From Bacteroidaceae bacterium (GTDB lineage Bacteria; Bacteroidota; Bacteroidia; Bacteroidales; Bacteroidaceae): a DNA stretch of 64,000 nt. Within the stretch, counting starts at the first letter, position 1. Each line of letters opens with the position of its first letter. This document shows positions 45,732 to 54,169 of the stretch, piece after piece. The DNA is taken from positions 11,049 through 75,048 of the forward strand of contig JAZQQX010000027.1 of the NCBI GenBank assembly GCA_045629325.1. The letters are read 5' to 3'. The position numbers were made by a program, and so were the translations under genes. The notes under the pieces are model-generated. The model made no database searches. It worked only from the letters and a program-made list of their open reading frames with translations, and had not been told where the DNA came from.

Positions 45732-46556
45732 ATGTATCGTTTTCGTCTCCTTGCATTACTGTTTTGGATACTTTTCAGTATTCCTAATTTTTCTTCACTA
45801 ACATTTGGACAGGTGAGGGATGGTAGGGGTATTGTGATAAGTTCACCTATAGAGAATGTGCAGGTGTATGTTGACGGCAAGAATGTGGGTTTTGCACCGT
45901 TTAAGGGTATTCTGAGTATTGACCGCCATACTATTTTTGCCGTTACCACAAACGGATTGCATTCTGAGATAGTTCATCTTACAGTAAATAAGGGTACAGG
46001 TCTTATGCCCGAATTGCAAATGGTATTTCACGACTATGTGGATCTTGGTTTACCATCAGGTACGATGTGGGCCACTTGTAATGTGGGGGCTTCCAGTCCC
46101 GAGGAGGTTGGCGAATACTATGCATGGACAGAAACTCAACCGGTAGATGAGAACACAAGTGCCAACTATGTCTATAAAACAAAGATGAAGAACACTGATG
46201 ATGTGGCGTATGTCAAGTGGGGACCGAGTTGGAAGATGCCTTCGCTGCGAGACTTCAACGAATTGGTTGATAAGCACTATACATCTTGTGTCTTTACAAC
46301 TCAGAATGATGTTAAGGGTTTGTTGGTGAAAAGTCTGAAGAATGGTAATTCTATCTTTTTGCCTGCCGGAGGTTTCAACTATGACGGTAAAGTCAATGAT
46401 GTGAATGTTGTGGGCAACTACTGGACATCAACGGCAGGCGATGCATTTCTCAATGGTTCATACCAGTTTTGTTTCTACGAAGATGATTTTTTTGAACACT
46501 ATTGTGACCGATTTCTCGGTCGTTCAGTGAGACCTGTCTGGAAGTGTCGTGAATAG
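45732..46556 (+). CDS. Secreted protein: PEGA-like N-terminal domain plus DUF1566/FISUMP-like C-terminal domain
   Basis: 274 aa. VQVYVDGKNVGFAPFKG is PEGA-like. YYAWTE, WKMPSLRDFNELV, FLPAGGF and NYWTS fit the FISUMP/DUF1566 pattern. Confidence 0.6.
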   Translation: MYRFRLLALLFWILFSIPNFSSLTFGQVRDGRGIVISSPIENVQVYVDGKNVGFAPFKGILSIDRHTIFAVTTNGLHSEIVHLTVNKGTGLMPELQMVFHDYVDLGLPSGTMWATCNVGASSPEEVGEYYAWTETQPVDENTSANYVYKTKMKNTDDVAYVKWGPSWKMPSLRDFNELVDKHYTSCVFTTQNDVKGLLVKSLKNGNSIFLPAGGFNYDGKVNDVNVVGNYWTSTAGDAFLNGSYQFCFYEDDFFEHYCDRFLGRSVRPVWKCRE

Positions 46557-46564
46557 CAACTTTA

Positions 46565-46613
46565 ACCTCACTGCTATAAAACTTTTTTATCTTTTAAGAT
46601 ATAGCAGTGAGGT
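46565..46613. other. Perfect 14-bp inverted repeat ACCTCACTGCTATA / TATAGCAGTGAGGT with 21-nt loop between convergent genes (possible terminator without clear U-tract)
   Basis: Read directly. Confidence 0.45.
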
Positions 46614-46654
46614 ATGAGTGCCTGAAATTACTAACGTTTTTTTGTCCTTTCCCG

Positions 46655-47782
46655 TTATTTTTTGTTTATATCTATCTTGGCTGTAAAGCAGTATCGCTCA
46701 TCTTCTCGTTCGTAGAGTGTAGAACGCAGAAGTTCTTTGCTTCTCTGTAGTTTGCCTTTGAATACCTTTTTGCCAGCAAGATAAACTGTCACCGGTTTGT
46801 CAAGGTCTACAATCTCATCGTTGAGATAGAGCGTGATGTGCTTGTAGTCTGACTGGCTGATACGGATGTTGTTCTTCTCAACCTTAAGTCGCACCTCCAT
46901 ACCTCTCTTCATCTCGTCCTTGTCCACGCCGATCCAATAAAAGTAAGGATGCAATACCTCTTCCTGTCTCCACACAATATTGGTAGGATAGGGATTACGC
47001 TTGTATTGAGCCATCCACGATATGGCAACAGTGTCCACCTGGTCCATCCAGTGGGGTTTGCCTGCTACGATATGACCTTCGTGAATGTAACCTTCGGGAT
47101 CTGCTTTGCGGAGCGAGTCGAGTTCTACGATACGCTCTTTGCACTTCTTGTTGCGATCATATGCAGCATCAAGAGCTCCACACCACACCATGAAGGGAGT
47201 GTTGCGCAGATTCACAAGCGACACATCGCCGGGATGACCAGCCATCATCGATGCTGCAGCCCATGTATCGGCCATGCGGGGAGCAAGGCGCCATACACCG
47301 TCACCACCTGCACTATAACCTAATATATATACTTTGTCTGGATTGACTTTGTAATGTGTTACTGCAAAGAGTATCAGTTCGTGATAGAGGTCGTCGAGGA
47401 GAGGTTTGAAGTGCATGTCCCAGTCATCGTAGGGCGCACGAGGACAGATATACAATCCCTCTGTAGGTTTGTAGAGATACCATTGGTTTTGCCACTGTGA
47501 GTCGTTGAGTTGTGTTGGAGCATTGCCACCTCCGTGAAGTGAGATGAACAGGCTGTATCCATCCTCAGGCATTTCACCGAAACGCTGTGCTGTGATACGC
47601 ATCTTGAGCGAATCTGTGACGATAGCAATGCTGTCCATCACATAGTCTGTGCGTTTCTTCATTTCGGCCTTCCATTGCTTTGTGATTTCTACTCTTTCAG
47701 CATTGGCCTGCTCTTTGGTTATACCTTGTGCAAATACTTGACTTGTAATAAATGCAAATAGGAGTGTATAGATGTATTTCAT
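46655..47782 (-). CDS. Alpha/beta-hydrolase esterase, secreted
   Basis: 375 aa with a signal peptide. Contains HGGG (SLHGGGN) and a GYSAGG nucleophile elbow. Confidence 0.7.
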   Translation of the reverse strand: MKYIYTLLFAFITSQVFAQGITKEQANAERVEITKQWKAEMKKRTDYVMDSIAIVTDSLKMRITAQRFGEMPEDGYSLFISLHGGGNAPTQLNDSQWQNQWYLYKPTEGLYICPRAPYDDWDMHFKPLLDDLYHELILFAVTHYKVNPDKVYILGYSAGGDGVWRLAPRMADTWAAASMMAGHPGDVSLVNLRNTPFMVWCGALDAAYDRNKKCKERIVELDSLRKADPEGYIHEGHIVAGKPHWMDQVDTVAISWMAQYKRNPYPTNIVWRQEEVLHPYFYWIGVDKDEMKRGMEVRLKVEKNNIRISQSDYKHITLYLNDEIVDLDKPVTVYLAGKKVFKGKLQRSKELLRSTLYEREDERYCFTAKIDINKK

Positions 47783-47831
47783 TGATACAGAAATCTTTAT
47801 ATATCAAATATGTAATTTGTGGTTCTTTGTG

Positions 47832-48875
47832 TTAGCCGGGAATAATCTCCTCTGGTTCATCATCGTTGCCTTGTTCGGTATTCTCGTTTTTTTCTTCTTC
47901 TTTCTTTTCTTCTTTATCTTTCTTTTTTGTTTCTTCTTCTGTGTCTTCTTTCTCTACTTTATCACGCTGTCGGCGTGCAGATACCACTGGCTCTTTTGAC
48001 TTGGCATCAGCCTTGTCTACTTTTGCACGGCCTTTTTCTTCATTTTTAGCTTGCTTTTCAGCCTCTTTCTTGGCTTTTTGCTTTGCTTTTGCTTCTTCGG
48101 CCTCTTTCTTTTTCTTTTCCTTCAGCTGTTTTTCGTAGTATTCGTTTCTTTCCTTTTGTTGGCGGAGAGCCTCTTTTTCGCTTATGCGTCGAGGGTTGGC
48201 AGTTGTAGTCTTTGTCTTGGGCTCTTCTGATGTTTTATTTTCGGTACCTTTTGACTTTTCGGTTTTTTCTTCAGCTTTTGTTTCACCCTTTGTTTCTGTC
48301 TTTTTTTCAGCCTCTGCCTGCTTTTGTGCCCTGGTGTTGGACGCCTTCTCTCTAATCTTTGCCAGAAGTTCCTGATTTTCCTTTTCCTTCTTTGCTTTCT
48401 GCTCCTCTTCTGCAGAAACATCCTTCTTGTCAGTTACATCAGCCTTATTACTTGATATATCAGCTTTCTTGTCAGCTACATTAACCTTCTTGCCAGTTGC
48501 ATCAGTCTTCTTGTCTTCCTTCCCTGCAGTAGTCTTTTTATCTACTGTTGCTACGGTCTTTTCAGTAGGGACTGCATATTTGCTGACATAGGTTCTTGCG
48601 AATTCCTTGGGTGTGAAATCCTTGTGTTTTTGCTTGGCATTGCGTGCTCCTTCCTTGTTTTTTTGGATAGTAGAGCGAACCTTCTCCATTTCTTTGGTTA
48701 GCTGTCGTAGATCTCGGTCCTGCTCTTTAAGTTCAGCGCGTGTCGCCTTTTGTCTTTCCTTTACTATACGGATGTCTTCCTTGATGGCTTGTAGGATAGA
48801 GTCGTTGTGATCTGCTCGCAAAAGATTTGGGCAGAACGAGAGGAAAAGCAGTAGAACTAATATGTGTCGTTGCAT
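47832..48875 (-). CDS. Secreted, extremely Lys/Glu-rich low-complexity/coiled-coil protein
   Basis: 347 aa with signal peptide MQRHILVLLLFLSFCPNLLRA, then K/E/A/T-rich sequence with degenerate ~7-aa (21-bp) repeats (ADKKADISSNKADVTDKKD). It starts 15 nt after the upstream gene. Confidence 0.6.
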   Translation of the reverse strand: MQRHILVLLLFLSFCPNLLRADHNDSILQAIKEDIRIVKERQKATRAELKEQDRDLRQLTKEMEKVRSTIQKNKEGARNAKQKHKDFTPKEFARTYVSKYAVPTEKTVATVDKKTTAGKEDKKTDATGKKVNVADKKADISSNKADVTDKKDVSAEEEQKAKKEKENQELLAKIREKASNTRAQKQAEAEKKTETKGETKAEEKTEKSKGTENKTSEEPKTKTTTANPRRISEKEALRQQKERNEYYEKQLKEKKKKEAEEAKAKQKAKKEAEKQAKNEEKGRAKVDKADAKSKEPVVSARRQRDKVEKEDTEEETKKKDKEEKKEEEKNENTEQGNDDEPEEIIPG

Positions 48876-48890
48876 AATATAAATAATGTA

Positions 48891-51833
48891 TTATTCAGTC
48901 ATTATGACTCCTTCGCGATGAATACCATCAACCTTGATGTTGAGTGGTTGCTCAAATCGCACATGGCGTACATGTTGAGTTTCATTGATAGCTGCGAGTT
49001 GGTCAAGAATCTCCTGTCGGTATATACCGTCACCGCAGAAAGCATTGATGGTGAAATAAGCAACACCCAAAGAAGTTAGATTCTGGAAGAAATGTGTACC
49101 CTGACTGGGATCAACTTGGAAGTCGTGCAGACCTGCCTCCACAATGACGCGAGCAGCGGAGATGTTTGGCCATTTTACGGGTATGCCCAACCAAGGATCA
49201 CTACTGCCCCAACGGCCCGGACCGATGAGCAGATAACCTCGTCCTTCCTCCATGATCTTTCGGTTGATACGCTCTATCTCCTCTGCAATGGCAGGATTGT
49301 TGGAAGCCAGATAGCCTTCGGTCTTGACATACACCACATCGCATACATCGCTGATGATACCATGACCGATAGCGCTATGTGAGCGGAGTAGGGTGTCTTC
49401 ATCGGGTATGAGCGTGAGGTCTTCATTTAGCATCATGCGGTTGTCCACCATGGGTCGTATCTGCAAGAGATAGAATTCTCCACTTCGGTCCTCATCGAGG
49501 TTGACGGCAAATTCAATCTCAACGGGTCGGCGCATCTCCTCCTCGCCATATTTCAGTATGAGTTGGAGCATCTCTGGCAAAGGGAATACTCCATGCTGAA
49601 GCACTCCGCAGAAGGTGAGCACCTTGCGCCCTCCTTCATATATTCCGTCACGAATCACATTGTCGTATGGATCGAAGGTAGAGGCAATATAGCGCAATGT
49701 GCCGTCCTTCTCGGCCTCTCTTACAGAAAGACGTTTGAGGTTGAAACCGTCGTTCACCTGAAATTCCAGTTGTGATTCATTGAGATCGAGGGCATAGAAG
49801 CGTGTCTGTGTGTCGCGTAGTGCCAGTTCCATCTCACTTGTCTGCAGTACATGATCGGGATGTGCGGGACAGACACGGAGGCTTACTCCTCCATCTACAA
49901 TATATTTACCCAGTCCCAAGGCCAGGTTTACTGTGCCCTCGTCTGCTTTCTCCTCATCGATGGGATAGTAGTTGATGCTTCTTGCCACACCAGAGAAGGT
50001 GGGATAGAAACGGTTGTCATACTGACGGCCTGCTACCTCTTGTAGTATGACGGCCATCTTCTCCTGGTCGATGACATTGGATGTGGCTGTCATATAGTCC
50101 TTGCTCGACTGATAGTAGACACTGGCATAAACCGATTTGATGGCATCCGAGAGTATGCGCAGACGCTCATATTTGTCGTCCAGATAGGGAATCATATAGG
50201 TGGAGTACACACCTGCGAATGGCTGGTAGTGCGAGTCTTCAAGAAGCGAAGATGAACGGATGGCAATGGGCGACTTTACTACATCAAGGAACGCCATCAA
50301 GTCTCCAATAAGGCTCTGGGGCAATCGGGCGTGGAGGAAATGACGAAGTATCTCATCGTCGCTCGTATCGCTCAAAGCAATCTGATAGAGTTCGTTGGTG
50401 TCCATAAATTCGTCGAAGACATCCGTACAGAGCACCACCGTCTTCGGTATCATCGTGTACACATTGTCATAACCGTTGAGGTCAGGATGACGCTTGATGA
50501 TGTGGTCGAGGAAGGCCAGACCACGACCTTTGCCTCCCAGACTTCCTTCACCAATTCGTGCAAAGTTACTATAGCGGTCGAAACGCTCACGCTGGAATAC
50601 GGCTACTACACCTTGGTTCCTCATCTTACGATAGGACACGATGGCGTCAAAGATGATCTGTCGGTGTGCATCCACATCCTGCAGAGAGTCCCAAGTGATA
50701 TGCTTCAGGAACTCCGATATGGGGAAGAGTGCTCGGGAGCAGAGCCAGCGCGACACATTGTTGTGCGTGATATGATAGAGCAGTGACTCTCGTGGCAAGG
50801 TGAAGATGTTGTCTTGCAAATCCTTCAGATTCTTGATGCGTGCCACTTCTTCGAGTGTCGTTGGATTGCGGAACACGAAGTCGCCAAATCCGAAGTAACG
50901 GCGCAATATGTCGCGCAAGTCCACATCAATCTTCTTGGAGTTCTTGTCGATGAATCGAGCATGGCATTCCAGGGCCAGTTCTCCCGCATTGCTTTCGCTC
51001 GACTCCAGCACGAGGGGTATGTATCGGTCGCATTCGCGAATGTGAGTAAGCAACTTGTATCCGGCTTGTTCGTCCACCTGTCCTTCACGCGGGAAACGGC
51101 AGTCTGAAATTACGCCCAAGGTGTTTTCTCCATATTGGGTGTAGAGGTCAAGCGCTTCCTCGTAGTTGCGTGCCAACACAATCTTTGGTCTTCCTCGCAT
51201 ACGCAACTGCTCCAATTGCGAGTTGAGGGCTTCGCTGGCAAACGCCAGACTTTGCTGGAGCACAAATCGGTAGAGGTGGGGTAGGATGGAACTGTAGAAG
51301 CGTATGTTGTCTTCCACGAGTAATATCATCTGTACACCGGCCTCCACATCGTGTGCAAGGTTCATCTTGTCCTCTATCAGCTTAATGATGGAGAGCAGGA
51401 GTTCGGTGTTGCCCAACCAACAGAATACATATTCGAAGATAGATAGGTCCTCATGTTCCATTCTGCGGGTAAGACCGTGACTGAAAGGCGTCAGTACTAC
51501 GATGGGCAGTTCTGGATGTGCCTGCTTGATGCCTCGTGCAATGTCAAACACATCATTGTTGTCCGTACCGGGCATACATATAAGAAGGTCGAATTCGCGC
51601 TGCTGCATTACTTCGTCAGCTTCCTCTCTTGAGGCAACCTGCGTGAATCGGGGTGGGAATCGTAGTCCCAATTTGGCATACTCAAAGAATATCTTTTCAT
51701 CGATTCGGCCGTCATCCTCTAGCATAAAAGCATCGTAGGGATTGGCCACGAGCAGTACATTGAATACGCGTCGGGCCATGAGGTCTACAAACGAGGTGTC
51801 GTGTAGCACGAGTCTTTCTTTCTTCTTCTCCAT
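48891..51833 (-). CDS. Response-regulator-like (two REC-like modules) fused to a PEP/pyruvate-binding (PPDK_N ATP-grasp) domain
   Basis: 980 aa. MILLVEDNIRFY...VISDCRFP is a receiver-like module. GEGSLGGKGRGLAFL matches the ATP-grasp of PEP synthase/PPDK. I recognised no swivel His or PEP-utilising C-terminal domain. Confidence 0.7.
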   Translation of the reverse strand: MEKKKERLVLHDTSFVDLMARRVFNVLLVANPYDAFMLEDDGRIDEKIFFEYAKLGLRFPPRFTQVASREEADEVMQQREFDLLICMPGTDNNDVFDIARGIKQAHPELPIVVLTPFSHGLTRRMEHEDLSIFEYVFCWLGNTELLLSIIKLIEDKMNLAHDVEAGVQMILLVEDNIRFYSSILPHLYRFVLQQSLAFASEALNSQLEQLRMRGRPKIVLARNYEEALDLYTQYGENTLGVISDCRFPREGQVDEQAGYKLLTHIRECDRYIPLVLESSESNAGELALECHARFIDKNSKKIDVDLRDILRRYFGFGDFVFRNPTTLEEVARIKNLKDLQDNIFTLPRESLLYHITHNNVSRWLCSRALFPISEFLKHITWDSLQDVDAHRQIIFDAIVSYRKMRNQGVVAVFQRERFDRYSNFARIGEGSLGGKGRGLAFLDHIIKRHPDLNGYDNVYTMIPKTVVLCTDVFDEFMDTNELYQIALSDTSDDEILRHFLHARLPQSLIGDLMAFLDVVKSPIAIRSSSLLEDSHYQPFAGVYSTYMIPYLDDKYERLRILSDAIKSVYASVYYQSSKDYMTATSNVIDQEKMAVILQEVAGRQYDNRFYPTFSGVARSINYYPIDEEKADEGTVNLALGLGKYIVDGGVSLRVCPAHPDHVLQTSEMELALRDTQTRFYALDLNESQLEFQVNDGFNLKRLSVREAEKDGTLRYIASTFDPYDNVIRDGIYEGGRKVLTFCGVLQHGVFPLPEMLQLILKYGEEEMRRPVEIEFAVNLDEDRSGEFYLLQIRPMVDNRMMLNEDLTLIPDEDTLLRSHSAIGHGIISDVCDVVYVKTEGYLASNNPAIAEEIERINRKIMEEGRGYLLIGPGRWGSSDPWLGIPVKWPNISAARVIVEAGLHDFQVDPSQGTHFFQNLTSLGVAYFTINAFCGDGIYRQEILDQLAAINETQHVRHVRFEQPLNIKVDGIHREGVIMTE

Positions 51834-51855
51834 GATTGGTATAAATAATTTGCTT

Positions 51856-51863
51856 CAAAGTTA
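51856..51863 (-). promoter_or_regulatory. -7 box TAACTTTG (minus strand) for the REC-PPDK_N operon
   Basis: The plus strand reads CAAAGTTA, 23 nt upstream of the ATG at 51833. Confidence 0.5.
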
Positions 51864-51957
51864 CAAAGAAAATGCCAAAACTGATGGCTAATTGAAAGAA
51901 AACAACACGATATATGAAAAAAAACGCGAAAATATTGTGGCATTTGCAAATAATTTG

Positions 51958-51965
51958 TAACTTTG
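51958..51965 (+). promoter_or_regulatory. -7 box TAACTTTG for the aromatic amino-acid operon leader
   Basis: Exact TAnnTTTG, 20 nt upstream of the leader ATG at 51985. Confidence 0.55.
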
Positions 51966-51984
51966 CTTCATCAAACGATACAAT

Positions 51985-52077
51985 ATGAAGAGTTATTTCG
52001 GTGCATACTATTATTCCTTTTATTTTTACTTTAGCAATGAAGTGAAGCGGGTCGGTATGTGCGATATAGATATGTAA
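51985..52077 (+). CDS. Tyr/Phe-rich leader peptide (30 aa) of the pheA operon
   Basis: My own translation is MKSYFGAYYYSFYFYFSNEVKRVGMCDIDM followed by a stop. Ten of residues 4-16 are Tyr or Phe. It is not in the ORF track because it is shorter than 60 aa. Confidence 0.6.
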   Translation: MKSYFGAYYYSFYFYFSNEVKRVGMCDIDM

Positions 52078-52105
52078 TTAAGATTTAACAATACGGTCCC
52101 GCTTC
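52044..52105 (+). promoter_or_regulatory. Candidate antiterminator pairing GAAGCGGG (52044-51) with CCCGCTTC (52098-105)
   Basis: An 8-bp perfect complement. The 3' arm overlaps the terminator left arm, so the two structures are mutually exclusive. Confidence 0.5.
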
Positions 52106-52124
52106 AATGAGGCGGGATTTTTTT
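52097..52124 (+). terminator. Attenuator terminator: TCCCGC / GCGGGA stem plus T7
   Basis: Stem 52097-52102 / 52112-52117, a 9-nt loop, and TTTTTTT at 52118-52124. It ends 17 nt before the pheA ATG. Confidence 0.65.
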
Positions 52125-52141
52125 ATGTATATATATTTAGT

Positions 52142-52984
52142 ATGAGTAAAGTTGCCATTCAAGGTATTAAAGGATCTTTCCACGACATCGCTGCTCATCG
52201 CTATTTCGAAGGCGAGGACATAGAGTTGCTTTGTTGTAATACCTTTGAGCAGGTGTTTCAGCACTTAAAGGAAGATAAGGAAGTTGTGGCGTTGGTTGCC
52301 ATTGAGAATACAATTGCGGGTAGCCTCTTGCACAATTATGAATTGCTTCGCGAGTCGGAATCCACCATTGTAGGTGAACACAAACTTCGTATCAGTCACA
52401 GTATCATGTGTCTGCCTGAAGACGATTGGGCAGATCTTCAGGAGGTCAATTCTCATCCTGTTGCTTTGATGCAATGTCGTGATTTTCTTTCCAATCATCC
52501 TGGCATGAAGGTGGTCGAAGTTGCCGACACTGCCGGGGCTGCTGCTGATATCAGTCAGGCCCAACTGCGTGGTCATGCTGCCATTTGTCACAAGGATGCA
52601 GCGAAAATCTATGGCATGAAAGTTCTGCAGGAAGGTATAGAGACCAACAAGCATAATTTCACGCGTTTCCTTGTACTTTCTTCGGAGCAGAATGCAGAGC
52701 ATCTTCGCAGTAGGAATGAGGTCAACAAGGCAAGTCTTGTCTTTAGTCTTCAGCACGAAGAAGGCAGTCTGTCGGCCGTATTAAGTGTACTTTCATTTTA
52801 TAAGTTGAATTTGACAAAGATTCAGTCCCTTCCCATCATCGGTAAGGAGTGGCAGTATTTGTTTTATGTGGATATTGCTTTTGCCGAGAGAGAGCGATTC
52901 GCACAGGGTATCCGTGCTATTGAGCCCTTGACCAAGGAACTGAAAATTTTAGGAGAATATGCAGATGGAAAACAAAGTATTTAA
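52142..52984 (+). CDS. pheA: Prephenate dehydratase
   Basis: 280 aa. IQGIKGSFHDIAA, NFTRFLVL (TRF motif) and a C-terminal ACT-like region are present. Confidence 0.9.
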   Translation: MSKVAIQGIKGSFHDIAAHRYFEGEDIELLCCNTFEQVFQHLKEDKEVVALVAIENTIAGSLLHNYELLRESESTIVGEHKLRISHSIMCLPEDDWADLQEVNSHPVALMQCRDFLSNHPGMKVVEVADTAGAAADISQAQLRGHAAICHKDAAKIYGMKVLQEGIETNKHNFTRFLVLSSEQNAEHLRSRNEVNKASLVFSLQHEEGSLSAVLSVLSFYKLNLTKIQSLPIIGKEWQYLFYVDIAFAERERFAQGIRAIEPLTKELKILGEYADGKQSI

Positions 52985-54140
52985 GCCTGCAGACAGACTC
53001 AGTTCTGTCTCTGAATATTATTTTAGCCGCAAACTCAAGGAGGTGGCTCGCATGAATGCTGAGGGCAAGGATGTAATTTCTCTTGGTATTGGAAGTCCTG
53101 ATATGCCTCCCTCGTTTCAGACCATTCAGACGCTTTGTGAAGAAAGTCAGAAGCCTGACGCTCATGGATATCAGCCTTATGTGGGCATCCCTGAACTGCG
53201 CGAAGGTATGGCTTATTTCTATAAGCGTTGGTATAATGTTGATCTTGATTCCAAAACGGAGATCCAACCTCTCATTGGAAGCAAGGAGGGCATTCTGCAT
53301 GTCACATTGGCATTTGTCAATCCTGGTGAGAAGGTGCTTGTGCCCAATCCTGGTTACCCTACATACACTTCTTTGAGTCGTATCTTGGGTGCTGAGATTA
53401 TCAATTATGACTTGCTTGAGCAGAACAATTGGCAACCTGATTTTGATGCTTTGGAGCAGATGGACCTGTCGGATGTAAAACTGATGTGGACCAACTACCC
53501 CAATATGCCTACTGGTGCACAGGCTACCATTGAACTGTATGAGAAATTGGTTGATTTTGCTCGTCGTCACCACATCATCGTGGTCAATGATAATCCTTAT
53601 AGTCTCATCCTTAATGAACATCCCATCAGTATCCTTCAGGTTGAGGGCGCCAAGGAGTGTTGTATTGAATTCAACTCTATGTCTAAGAGTCAGAACATGC
53701 CGGGCTGGCGTGTTGGTTGGGTTAGTTCCAACGCTCAGTTTGTGGAATGGATATTAAAGGTGAAGAGCAATGTGGATAGTGGTATGTTCCGCCCCTTGCA
53801 ACTGGCTGCTGTCCAGGCTTTCCACAATGATGATGAGTGGCATCGTGACTTCAACCGTGTACTCTATGGTAATCGTCGTCGTTTGGCCGAAGATATCATG
53901 CGTGCATTAGGTTGTACATGGGATCCTCGTCAAGTGGGTATGTTCCTTTGGGGACGCATTCCCGACTCACTCCCCGATGTGGAATCACTTACCGAGAAGG
54001 TACTTCAAGAGGCCCGCGTTTTCATTGTTCCCGGTTTTATCTTTGGAAGCAATGGTAGTCGTTACATTCGTATCAGTCTCTGTGCTACGGAGGAGAAACT
54101 GGCAGAAGCTTTGCGACGAATCGAACAAATAGAAATGTAA
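52959..54140 (+). CDS. Class I/II PLP-dependent aminotransferase (probable aromatic/prephenate aminotransferase)
   Basis: 393 aa. SMSKSQNMPGWRVGW contains the PLP lysine. It overlaps the pheA end by 26 nt. Confidence 0.85.
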   Translation: MQMENKVFKPADRLSSVSEYYFSRKLKEVARMNAEGKDVISLGIGSPDMPPSFQTIQTLCEESQKPDAHGYQPYVGIPELREGMAYFYKRWYNVDLDSKTEIQPLIGSKEGILHVTLAFVNPGEKVLVPNPGYPTYTSLSRILGAEIINYDLLEQNNWQPDFDALEQMDLSDVKLMWTNYPNMPTGAQATIELYEKLVDFARRHHIIVVNDNPYSLILNEHPISILQVEGAKECCIEFNSMSKSQNMPGWRVGWVSSNAQFVEWILKVKSNVDSGMFRPLQLAAVQAFHNDDEWHRDFNRVLYGNRRRLAEDIMRALGCTWDPRQVGMFLWGRIPDSLPDVESLTEKVLQEARVFIVPGFIFGSNGSRYIRISLCATEEKLAEALRRIEQIEM

Positions 54141-54169
54141 ACATCTTTGGATTAGTAAGTTATCAAAAT

